This document shows, in pieces, positions 50,314 to 62,218 of a stretch of DNA of 64,000 nucleotides. This stretch comes from Lytechinus pictus (Eukaryota). How positions within the stretch are numbered: the stretch's first letter is position 1; the number at the start of each line of letters is the position of its first letter. The stretch spans positions 33,420,001 to 33,484,000 of the forward strand of contig NC_087245.1 of the NCBI RefSeq assembly GCF_037042905.1, written 5' to 3'. A model generated the notes under the pieces. The model worked only from the letters and a program-made list of their open reading frames with translations, searched no databases and was not told where the DNA came from. The translations under genes and the position numbers were made by a program.

Positions 50314-53300
50314 TCACTTGACTGTTGCTGTATTTGCTATCTTCCAACTCCAGCTAGGTAGAATGCATGTTATGGAATGTCAACCATACAGTCATGTTAA
50401 ATCCTTCGACGTAAGTGGAATAGAAGCATAAAAAAGATACCTGGAGTTGCATTTGATCTTACAAACGTCCAAGTCTGTACATATTCAAATTGGGTGAAAT
50501 GCAATCTGTTATTTTTTCCCTTTGCAAAAGTGACTTTATTGAAAAACGAAAAAAATCTCTCAATGCGATATATGTATTGTTATTTCTGGTGCAGAGCAAT
50601 ACAGCTAAAATCAAAGAGAAAAAAGAAAGATGTGCCACAAAGATATACATTGAGGATTCCCTCTGCCATTTTATCTTGTCCAAGGCAGTGCCATAGCTCA
50701 GTTGTATAGATGGTCTCACAATTTGGTGAACTAGTGCCCTTTGGGATCAAAGGCATTTATCATCCGAACCAGGTCCCTTGGAGAGGACCTGTCCTTTAGT
50801 TGCTTACTAACAAGCTTTCATGCTTTCCTAAAAGTTGGTGAAAATATATTAACCAATTTATCCATCATAAATATAATCTGAAGAAGTGATTTGTCTCGAC
50901 CCCTTGGCCAGAGATAATTCCAACCAATGTCTCAAAATCTGGCAAAAATGCCACGAATCCCGACTTCTGACATCACAAGGGGATAATAGTACCTGATGAG
51001 TCATAAATAGTACAAAGACTATTTATGGCTGCTTGGGTGAAGCTTGAACCGCATGCTTTAGAGTTTGTTTTTGATGTCGCTACATGTGATGATCAACTAA
51101 GACCTTTATCAGATCGTTGTGATAATTGTGGTAATTTAATATTGCACGAAGACTGGGATTTCTTATCCTTCATTCGATCGGTATGATAGTATTTTCTATC
51201 TGCTGCATCTTATATTGACAATGGGTATCAACCGAATATACGGCCTTAGAGGTTTGGTGAAACTATTGCTCCCATAGTGATGCAAATGCGACAAATCGGG
51301 GGCTGCGCTCCTCAGGAAAATAGCCACATTCAGGTCACTTCCGAGACCAACCACCTCCTCTTAGGGTCTGTACATAATTTGTTCACCACTACTCTATTCC
51401 AGTACACACAGCACTCCAATATTACATGCTTCAAATGCAATCTTTCACACGATTATTATATATACACTGCCTGCAATATGCAACCTGTATCCTATGGTGT
51501 TTGAGATTGATGCTTTGGCAATTTTTCATTTCCATTTATCTGCAGATGTAGCTCATTATGGTGGTCGATTGCAATAGCCTTGTTATGTTTAGGTCATGTT
51601 GAATTCAGACTATTAAAAGTTGTAAGAACTCTGATGCTTGATAGATTACTAGATGTATATGCAGGTTTTTGGAATTAGATGATGTGTAGATATTCCAGTT
51701 TTAGTTTTTACACTTTGAGAAAAAGTTGCATTTTTTTTAATTGAAAAATAAGAAAAAGAAAAAATGGGATGATATGGGTATCATGCATATATAAGTATAT
51801 TTTGTGTTGTGTGGGATATGATTTTATTTTACTTTCATTACTTTTCAAGTATTTGTAATTTAACATACTTATTTTTAAAACCACTTTGTTTTTGGTTGCA
51901 TTTGCAATGTCGTGAGCAATGAATGGAATATGCACATCTTACAACCAGGCTTTTTTATCAAGCTCGTCCACCAATTCATTTTTTGTGCATGGATGTAAGC
52001 TGTTGTATATATATTGTGTTGATTTTTTAATTTTTTTTTATATATTTGACATAAAAAGAGCAAGCAAAAATTGCATTCAGGTGTGATAAAATTAAATGAA
52101 ATGAGAAACAATTGTATTTTTTTCAATTTTTTTTATAGTAAATTTGAAGCTTGTGTATTGTGTTCACAAATTGGAGCTTGCCATTCATTTCCTTGCACCA
52201 GTAACTAACACACTTATCCTCTCAGTTTTATTTTAAAGTAGCTGATATTCTGTGGTGTGTGTCACAACATAGAGTATTACCAATCATGTAATTTACCCTA
52301 AATTACTACAAAATGTACCCTTGTCTGTAGAGAAATACAATTGTATAACAAAATATGAAGCAGATAAGGGGGATTATGATAGCATAGAAATTAGTGAAAT
52401 GGGGATGATTATTGTATTTAAATGATAATTGTTGAATGAAAATGTATTTGTGTCTAAAAAATATTATCAGGAACTCCATTTAATGGAAATATATTTATAT
52501 CAGTATTTTATTTAATTGACAACACAGATCATGCTAATATTCATATAAGATAGAAATCATGCTCTAAATAAACTAAGTATTATATCCATTCGATATTTGA
52601 TTTGTAAACTTGGATAAAAAGGAGAAATGTTTACTTCTTTGAATATGCCATGAAAATGTGTCAAAGCAGTATTATCTAAATCTAAATCGGCCTTGAGCAG
52701 TTATCTTTTAAATGTAGGGATTGGACATCCTAAATCTGAAGACAAAGCATATATCCTGAAAGTTTCAGCCCATTCCATGGCTTGGAATAGATTTAGTATT
52801 AAAGAACAAAAACGTGCAGCTATTTTGATATCATGAAGATAAGAAATACTAGCAGGACACAGTTGTCACAAAGGTTTGATTTCCAACCTTATGATTTTGA
52901 AAAAAAGACACAAAAATCAGCCGCACAAATTTCTTGTGTATTCATATGAAGTGCAGAAAGAAAACACTGTTATTTGCTGATGCTCTAAGAGAGTGATGAT
53001 AATTTCATGTTATTTTATTTGTTTTTTAATGACCTTGAGCCATGCTCAGACTCAAACTCTATAGCATTGAGTTAGTCTCTAATTTACAGACTTTAAATGT
53101 TAATCATGTATTTTGTCTTTAATTTTATTTTGTATTTGCTTGGCTTTTTTAGAAATGAAAACATTGACCCTCCTAACTTTTTTATGTTTGTGGGCATTAA
53201 ATTATGGTGAAGAATCATGAGGATTTAAATTCTAGAAAGATATTAGAACCACTGGTTTCTTTAAAAATGAAAAAAAAGGAAAGATGAATCTGCTGATCAG

Positions 53301-56232
53301 TCTATCAATTTTCAGCTAGTAAAGTGAAATGAAAATTGGTGAGAAAGGTAGGAATCTATGACATAAAATTGATTGTGTTGTAGAGGTTACTGCTTGCAAG
53401 AGTCTTAAGCAGAGTGCAGTCTAATTAGTACATAGAATTTACAGGTAAACATGGTTATAATGTATTATGTAATGTTTTTTGACCAAAATGATGCTGTACT
53501 TAACCAGTTTTATTTCCAATACTCTGTTTACTATTAAAACTGTAAATGAGCTTTGAGTCATAATGAAAGTCATTTATTGAATGAAAGTCATTTACTGAAA
53601 GGACATTGAAAATAGGTATGAATAGTAATTTGTATCATCAGCTATTCTCAAATATTTTTTGTTGTGATTGATATCTTGGAGTGGGGATGATATGTGTATA
53701 TAATTTTTGATGGTTTTGGGCAATGAGAATGGATGATCTAGGGAGTAGGATCTTTTGAACTGTAATATATCGGTAAGTGGAAGAAAACTGATCAATTTGA
53801 ATAATAAATCAAAGCAGATGAATATGTTCCTTCTTTGTTGTGTTAATTTCTCTAAAGTTGTTCACATGTGACATCACACATCCTTGTCGCATTGCCAATG
53901 GGAGGATCTCCATAGCATTAGTGATTGCAATATTCAAATGCTCATAACTTTCTCATTATTTGTCTGATTTTTCTCAAACTTTCTCTGTTCTTATTCTTTG
54001 ATTTCTCTGTTTCGACACAAGCCTACTTGTTCCAAAGGTTTCATTCCCCTTTAATTAATAAAACAAACCCTTTGAGCATCCTATTTGGCAATTTATAATT
54101 GAGTGGTTGTCATTTACGGATATATAGTGTTTTTTTTAGATCGAGTTTTACGGAGCACACCAGTACTCTCACAAATTTTCAGAGGACATCTTTAAGCAAG
54201 AAATAAGTTACACTCTACACTGTACCATGTACTTTTTATGACACTTCCGCCAGAACTTCATCGGTCTCATAGCCTTGGATCTTGGCAATATCAAACAAGC
54301 ATAAACCTGTTTGTACTTTCTGGAAACAATCTTGAGTCTATTCATTCAAAAGATATTTCTTTTATTCATATCTGAAAACCAGTGGATTTGAATCATGCCG
54401 TTTTTTTATCACTTGTATATTTACATTCAGGTAAGAATCCTTGTGTTCATTACCATTGTAGGTATGTAATGTTGGAAAGAGGAAAAAGACTTTTTCCCAC
54501 CCTCTCGTTCTCTCTCTCTCTATAGATCGATCCTATAAGTTGTATTTCCCCTAAACGGTGCACAAGAAAATATACAAACAAAAAAGACATGTATAATTTT
54601 CATGGAAGTCTGCAGCACATGTATAATTTAAGTGAATGGTTTACCGCAGTCTTTATAAATAGACTCGACACATTAAACTCACTATGAAATACAATACTTT
54701 AAACTAGGCTAGCTACCTCATACACCCCTACTCTCGGCACCCTGGCAGGGGTGACAGGGTGATTGAATGCCATCTATTTTTTCTTATTAACAGGAAAATA
54801 AATCCCTTGAAACATGTTGAATTGTGTGATACATACAAGGAAACATCGATGAAAGTTTAAGACAGTTTAATAAATATAAAAGTTTTGAGCATTTTAATGT
54901 TGAGGCTATTAATGCCATGGAGGTCTTCTTCTTGGAATTGTGAACCAAAGTAATGTCACACATGAAAATCTTCCCCACTATTACAAAAAAAGTCTTGATT
55001 CATTTTAAAATGTTTCACAAAACATAGGCCCATCCTGGATGAAGAGGTAAGATTATAATGTTTGCTGGTATATTTTCAGTGTCCAAAGGAAGAGGTGATC
55101 ATATGTGAAATCACACATCTTGGTCGCCTTGCCAACAGGAGGATAACCACAGCAATAGCATTCTTGATATGTAAATGCTCATGCAGAACCCTCTAATCAT
55201 TTGTCAAATTTTCACTGATATCTTTGTTTTCACAAATGGTCACTTGTTCGAAGGCTTCCATTCTCCTCTGTTACTGCACATATATATGAATGAATTTCAC
55301 CGGAGCTCAGGGCGTTTTACATAGACAAGCAGGTAGACTGACATACATGTATGTGTAAGATGCACACTAGTTGTGTTTATTATAGTGAGAGGGATATAGA
55401 CACAAAAGTAGGTGGCTGGCATTAACAAGTATTTGGCAGCTTCCAATCCCTTTTATACTTCGCAGAAATACATGTACCTACAAACATTCATAATAAAGCC
55501 ATGTACCACAGAGTATTCCATTTATATCATGATCATTGTAAATTCAAGTAACATTATCAAAGTAGAAAATAACACATACTGTTGTTATCACAGGAATTTA
55601 AATTGGATAAGGACGACTGCACATTTGTAATTCAAGAGAATGGTATATTTTCTCAAGATTTCAATATTCAATAAGTTTTGGAACTGCTATCTTTTTGTAG
55701 GCATCATATATGTGTAAAAAAATACATCTAGGATACAATAGGTACACACTAAACTCATACATGAGACTGCGTAGTGAAATGTTAACAGTTTTGAAGATGC
55801 ACAAAAAACTACTTTCAGTATTTTTAGATATTATCAGATAATCACATTATTTGATATGCATTATGCCAAAGAAAGAAATCAAATACTGGATTTTCTATAA
55901 TTTATCTAACAAATCCAAATAATGTTTTTTGCAACACCAAATAGCTTTAATATGGGATTTTTTTTTGCAACAGACCTGTACTAGTATATTTCAGAATAGA
56001 ACTTGACATTGACAAAATAGACCTGCAGTCAAAAATACAAATCTGAATGCCATGGCTAACAACAAGTGGCAAGATATACGATGTGTAACCTGATTGATAA
56101 AATAGGTAAACTATGTGTATTTTTATCATTAAATATGAGATACGGCAGTATGTGGGGCCTGTTTGCATGATTACACTCTTCTCCGTCAGTAGACTCCGCG
56201 TAAGGCAACACTTGTATAAAGTCAATCGATAA

Positions 56233-56836
56233 AGGGATGGTCCAGGCTGGGGATATTTCTATCTCAATAAATAGAGTAAAATTTCACAAAGCAAAATGCT
56301 GAATATTTGATAAAAATCAGATTACAAATAACAAAGTTATTGAATTTAAAGATTTGCCTTATTCCGTTGAAACAGTTTTAGGCATGTCTTTATGAATATT
56401 CATTAGGTGGGCTGATATGTAATATCCCCACTTGTTCTTTTGTATTTTATTATATGAAATAAGGTTTATTCAAAAATTTTCTACCAAGAACTACAAAAAT
56501 TGGATTGACAACTGATTAAGTGCATTAGTTATTTATTGCTGCAACTTATTTTATCATAATGGAGACACATCATATACACATGTATGAAAAAATGAAACAT
56601 TTACGATTTCATGTAATTACGTAAGAAAAAGGAAAGTGGGGATGTGAAATAATCAGCCTACCTAATGAATATTCATGATGATGTGCATATAACTGTTTTC
56701 ACAAAACATTGATAAACTTTGAAATTCAATACTGAACTTGGTTATTTGTTAACCGATTTTGATGAAATTTTCAGCATTTTGCTCTGTGAATTTTACTCTA
56801 TTTAGATATAAATATTTTCAGCCCGGACCATCCATT
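56233..56836. mobile_element. Kolobok-like element, third family; fragments also near 26350-26605 and 62770-63360
   Basis: agggatggtccaggctg / cagcccggaccatcc inverted ends next to TTAA-like sites. Confidence 0.8.
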
Positions 56837-57094
56837 TTAAACTTGAAGTATTATTTCAGACCAGAATTTGCAAAACATATTATATAATACATACATCTTA
56901 TTTGAAGAAGTCAAATAGATTTAAAAGGTCCCAGGAGGTTTGACTATCAATGCAGACAGAGTCACCTGCAATTCAAAGACCTTCAACATAGCATAAATAT
57001 AAATAACTGTAAGTATGAATGGTCATACAATTTCAGTTGATCGAGAATAGCCCAAGCCATACATCAGTGGTACAGGTGCATAGCAAAGTGCATA

Positions 57095-57460
57095 CATTCG
57101 TTATTCGTTATTCAGAAGGTTTGTATTTTCGAACGTTCGTAATTCCGACGGTTCGTTAGTCCGAAAACGAAATGATTAACTAACGTAATTTCGTTTTCGG
57201 ACTAACAAACTTCGGAACAACGAACCTTATTTCGTTTTCAGATTAACGAACCTTCGGAACAACGAACCTTATTTCGTTTTCGGATTAACGAACCTTCGGA
57301 ACATCGAACTTTATTTCGTTTTCGGATTATCGAACCTTCGGAATAACTCAAAAATGTTCGGATTAACGAACCCTTTTACGTTTTCGGATTAACGAACATC
57401 GAGGTATAGGCAATTTGCATGTTTCGGAATTACGAACCTTCGGAATTACGAAGTGTAACC
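57095..57460. repeat. Foldback-type element with tandem ~42-bp units
   Basis: atttcgttttcggattaacgaaccttcggaacaacgaacctt repeated, with an inverted block on the left. Confidence 0.8.
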
Positions 57461-58100
57461 ATAGCAAAGACCCTTTCATGCAACTGGGCTCAAAACATGG
57501 AATCACCAATACCCACGAGATTCGTACATGGAGACTTCTAAAATATCTAATATCAAAACAGTTTTGAATACTTGCAAAGCCTTGCATTACATCTTAATCA
57601 GACCATCACCCTAATGAAGCAAGTTTAATTTCATATCCTTTAATTATTGAATGAGGTACGTAATCATATTTGCGATGGGTAATTTTTCACGGCTGAACAT
57701 GTCATACAGTGTATCTACATTTGATAAATAAATATTTTGATTTTTTTAATAAAAATGATTCCAGGAGAACCCTGTTCCATGAAGCCTGTTTTCAAAATTG
57801 TCTCAGTGTATGATTAATTTGCTCTTGACCAATCAAATTGGGGATTTTCAATCATTTCAGTAGCTTTTCACAGTAGCTTATAATTTGTCATAATTTGCTA
57901 CCAGCTTGTGATACATATGTGTACTAACAAGAGCAACCATTCATATGGACAACCTGAATGAATGAAGTACTAGATGAGCGATTAATCAATCAACGATTGC
58001 TTATCAACTCATTCAATCAAAAAATTATTTTATTCCATTTTAACAAAATATCAATTTTTGTACAAAATCTCATACAAATTCAATTTGCCATCAATACCAG

Positions 58101-58257
58101 AGGCCTGTTTCAGAAAGGACTTGCAACTGTTGTAACTTTGCCATAATGGCAACTACTATGGTAACTGGGCTCAGTAGCCAATCGAAATCAAGGTTACCAT
58201 GGTACTTGCCATAATGGCAAAGTTACAACAGTTGCAAGTCCTTTATGAAATGGGCCC
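58101..58257. mobile_element. Palindromic Harbinger-like MITE
   Basis: Long inverted arms (aaaggacttgcaactgttgtaactttgcc...), TSD cag/cag. Confidence 0.88.
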
Positions 58258-58344
58258 CAGGCTTGATTATAGAAGAAGGCATGATTCCATACAAGCAATT
58301 TAGTTCATGATCCAAGTTATATGTGTAGGACTGCAAGCATAGGC

Positions 58345-59560
58345 ATAGCTAAGATTACTATCTATAAAAAGGGACCAAAAGATGATCCAGGAAACTACCG
58401 ACCAATCTCTGTTTTGCCAGTTCTGGGTAAAGTTTTAGAGAAAGTAACCAATAAAAGATTAATAGAATTTTTAGAATCCAATGATGCATTATTCAATCAT
58501 CAGTATGGTTTTCGTAAAAGATAAAGTACAAAATTGTCGCTTATCAATTTGTCGAACACTATTCTTAAATCCTTAGACCAGGGTAGAACTACCCTTGGAA
58601 TATTTATTGATTTTAAAAAAGCTTTTGACACAATTGATCATATTTTGATACAGAAGCTTATAATAATAATAATAATAAAGGTAAATTTACCCAGGGTAGC
58701 CACTTCAGTTCCGAAAACTGTTCTCCCAGCGGGCCCTGCTATTATTACCCGGCTAAGCTAGGCTACCTATTCGGTGCACACAGCTTTTTTGAGGAATAAC
58801 TTCCTGCCGGTACCCATTTACCTCACCTGGGTCGAGTGCAGCACACTGTGGATGAATTCCTTGCTGAAGGAAATTAAGCCATGGCTGGGATTTGAACCCA
58901 CGACCCTATGTTTCAAAGTCCGGTGACTAATCCACTGGGCCACTATGATGTCTGAGGGCTTCCTTTAAACTATATTGCTTGCAGATATCAGTTTGTTCAA
59001 CATGGGGAAATATATTCAAAGAAAATGAAAATAAGATGTGGTGTCCCAAAGGATCAGTATTAGGGCATACATTGTTTTCATTATATATCAATGATCTTCC
59101 CTCCATTTCAAAATCTTTTAATTTTAGATTTTTTGCTGACGACTCTAATCTTTTTCACACCTTTCCAATTGGAGAGGATGAGATCGATACCAATGAGATG
59201 AATACTAATACAAATAAAGTGCAAAAGTGGTGTGTTGCAAATAAGCTTACTATCAACACTCTGAAAACAAAATTTATGTTAATTAGCAGTAGAAGGATTG
59301 TTAAGTTGCATGGTAATATTACACTAGATGGAGAGGAATTGGAAGAAGTTGATGAAACAACTTTTGCAGGTATAACAATGGATAAGCATCTGTCATAGAA
59401 AGGCAATATGGACGATTAACTCAGGTATACGTAAAAAAATAGGAATTTTGTTTCAGTTACATTTTTTACCCAAATTTACTTTGATATTATTATACAAAGC
59501 TTTTATAGAGCCACATCTCACGTATGGCATTGAGGTGTGGGGGAGTACGTACATGCCATT
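58345..59560 (+). mobile_element. Decayed non-LTR retrotransposon reverse transcriptase fragment (CR1/L2-like)
   Basis: KKG..DDPGNYRPISVLP, QYGFR, FIDFKKAFDTIDH, PKGSVLG..LFSLYINDLP, FADD; stops and frameshifts; interrupted by a SINE. Confidence 0.92.
58660..58943 (-). mobile_element. tRNA-derived SINE inserted in the LINE fragment
   Basis: Reverse complement of the 22527 SINE. Confidence 0.9.
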
Positions 59561-60127
59561 ATAGTTCCGCATATTCTTTTAGAACAAATGATGCCAAACA
59601 TTCACTATATAAATTATTTTGTATATATTTTCAATATATGATATAAATAATCTAATTTTTTTTTATAGATTTGATTATAAAGAAGATCTCCACAAAATCA
59701 CACAAACAATAGATTATGATAATTTTTTTTGTTTTTTGTCTTTTAGACCATTGACATCTTTGAAAGGACATGACAAAATACATGTGCACATATGCATGTA
59801 ATGAGCTTGGAGTCAGAGCAAAAAATTGCAATGTACAAGTCTATGAAGTGTTTTCATGCATCAGAAATATATAAATCATATTCTTGGATTTTATTTCAAA
59901 TCATTCATTCATCTTATTTTTATCATCTTCTTCCTTTCTTTCATCAAGGTAAGGAGGCTACTGCAGTTTTGAAATATCTCTGTTTCAGCCTTTAACTTCT
60001 AATAATGCATAGGTGTTACATGAAAGATGGCAAGCAATAAAATTCATTATTAAGTACTAGCCATTTTTTATTTTCATCAAACAATGAACATGTAGCATAT
60101 TTTGTTTAATTAAAAAAGTTCACCAGG

Positions 60128-62218
60128 CTATACATGGGTTGGTTTTGTGTGCTGCCCTCTCACAAAATGTAGCATAAAAGTAACTTTATCAGCACACTGT
60201 TCTCCGCACATACTACAACGGAACCTGGACCCTGGCTCATGACATCCCTTATGTATAACATACATCAAACTGTCTTCAAATGTGATACCACAGAATGAAC
60301 AACGCCACGGCAATCCCTCCTGGTCTCTTTCCCCCATCAAGGAAGTATTGACAAGAGGATTAGGTGGTGGCTGACTGCTCTGGGAAGAGGAAATCTGCAT
60401 GTTGGGAGATTCACTGCTTACTCTTCCAAGAGAAGGACCACAGTCCTGACCCCTTCTAGGATCATCAACCAGAGGTACAGAGAATCTTGCAGGAACAGTG
60501 GGCGGCTCAACTGGTCTTTCCAGTTGAATTGTTCCACTGGATGATGATGCCTCTGCTCCACTTTGGACCAAAGGTTGAACTTTCCTCAGTTGATCATCTC
60601 TCTCATTCTGTCTAGTGTGTGTAATCGTATGTGCAGCTGGTTGTTCAGGTCTTCCTTTGTGGGCCTTTTGTTCCTCTCTATTTAAAGAAAAGTCAGGTGG
60701 CTGGTCCTGAACACAATCACCATCCGCAGATGGTTCCTCAGATGTTGTTGTGTTACTGTGGACTTGTACAATGTTGACAACTTCACTCCATTCTTCATCG
60801 TCCTCAGCTTCTGTCTTAATGGTGATTCTGTTGACAGGACTCTGGCTTCTTTGTTCAGAAGTGCTTTGGCTGCTTGGTGTCTCTTTACTCGTTGGGCTAT
60901 TTTCAAAGTGAAGATTCCCCATGGAATGTGTCGATTCTGCAGACTGTGCTGCCAGGGACTGTGGAAAATCTATCAAAGAACCCTCTGCACTTGCAGGATA
61001 TCTATTAACGAAAGCAAAAGGTGCTGGGGGATTTCTCAGGAATGAATCCAGGCTCCTGCTCCGGATGTTAGCTTGTCTTTGAGCAGAGAGGGCCATCAAA
61101 TGTGCTGCACTATTAGGGGACACTGGAGAAAGACTTCCCGGTGAGTCTACAGGTGGTGACAACATATCCAAACTAGAACTAGCTGAGCAACAAGAGTTCT
61201 TCAGATGTCTTTGATACTCTGCCTCATCAGCCAACAGTATCCCACACTTGCACCTCCGAGGGTTCCATTGATACAGTCGACTATGCCCTTTCATATGGCC
61301 TTGTAGTGCTCTATTTGTTTGGAACTGCCTGCCACAACGTCTACAACTAACAGGTTTTTCTCCTTCATTTGATGTCGAGGGCAATTGGTTTGGACTCGCT
61401 GATGGAAGGTCGATCCTGACAGGTATATTGGGAGGTCTGTGCTTTTTGTAGGTCTTCACCATTGAAGGATGCTCTATGCTAATGTGTTTTTGCATGCTAC
61501 GGGAGCCACCAATGAAGATTCCACAATGTGGACAGCTTCTACGCTTCTCTGTGTGAATCTTCAGGTGCTCTGTCAAATGCTGAATATCTGAAAACTGAGC
61601 GTGACAAAGGGTGCATGTATGTGTCTGAATATCAGCCATTGAGTTTTTGTGGGAGCGCCGATGCCTTTGAAATGATGCCCTTGAGTTGAAGTTGGCTGGG
61701 CACTGCGGACAGGCATACGGCTTGGCTCCCATGTGTTTGTTGATATGAAGCATCAGCCTCTGTTGGCTAGAGAACACGCGGTCACACATACTGCACTTGA
61801 GAAAGAATCCAGGACTTCTGTTTTCCGATCCTGCAGCATTCAATGACGCTTCACCAGGGCTATCCAAGGACTCAGTTTGCATGAACTCATCATCCTCAAT
61901 GTCATCGTCATCATCATCCACAAGAACAAACTGCATGTCCACAGTTTCTGTGGTCTCGGACGAGGTCTCTCGAGACAGATTGCTCCCATGTTTTGACAGA
62001 TCTTGTGGAATTTCAGACTCATCTTGTTTCTTTTTTTCTGCTAGCATTGGATTCTGGGAGTCAAAGTTCACTAGCTGGGTTCCTCTTTCAAGTGGTGGTC
62101 TAGCAGAGGCTGAATCTTCACTGCTTTTTGACCTCTGTGACCGATGATGTCCTGGTACTACTAAAGCTGAGCTGGTTTGTGAGGCTGGGTCAGATTTATC
62201 TTGCTGAGTGCTTTCCAT
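60128..62218 (-). CDS. C2H2 zinc-finger protein (~696 aa) with an Ikaros/Pegasus/Hunchback-type C-terminal finger pair
   Basis: Long intact ORF; acceptor ttttatttcag| at 62236 puts the likely start at MESTQQ (62218) unless upstream coding exons exist; five C2H2 fingers, one atypical finger, then CSFC..F.D..MYVIHKGCH...FRCSMCG..C.DK..F..HFVRGQH. Confidence 0.92.
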   Translation of the reverse strand: MESTQQDKSDPASQTSSALVVPGHHRSQRSKSSEDSASARPPLERGTQLVNFDSQNPMLAEKKKQDESEIPQDLSKHGSNLSRETSSETTETVDMQFVLVDDDDDDIEDDEFMQTESLDSPGEASLNAAGSENRSPGFFLKCSMCDRVFSSQQRLMLHINKHMGAKPYACPQCPANFNSRASFQRHRRSHKNSMADIQTHTCTLCHAQFSDIQHLTEHLKIHTEKRRSCPHCGIFIGGSRSMQKHISIEHPSMVKTYKKHRPPNIPVRIDLPSASPNQLPSTSNEGEKPVSCRRCGRQFQTNRALQGHMKGHSRLYQWNPRRCKCGILLADEAEYQRHLKNSCCSASSSLDMLSPPVDSPGSLSPVSPNSAAHLMALSAQRQANIRSRSLDSFLRNPPAPFAFVNRYPASAEGSLIDFPQSLAAQSAESTHSMGNLHFENSPTSKETPSSQSTSEQRSQSPVNRITIKTEAEDDEEWSEVVNIVQVHSNTTTSEEPSADGDCVQDQPPDFSLNREEQKAHKGRPEQPAAHTITHTRQNERDDQLRKVQPLVQSGAEASSSSGTIQLERPVEPPTVPARFSVPLVDDPRRGQDCGPSLGRVSSESPNMQISSSQSSQPPPNPLVNTSLMGERDQEGLPWRCSFCGITFEDSLMYVIHKGCHEPGSRFRCSMCGEQCADKVTFMLHFVRGQHTKPTHV

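Noticed and set aside
50993..51030. CTGATGA followed by a strong hairpin
   Set aside because: No GAAA after the stem; only a short inverted repeat
61285..61325. RALQGH in finger 5 resembling the plant QALGGH motif
   Set aside because: Partial match in a single finger, readily explained by chance
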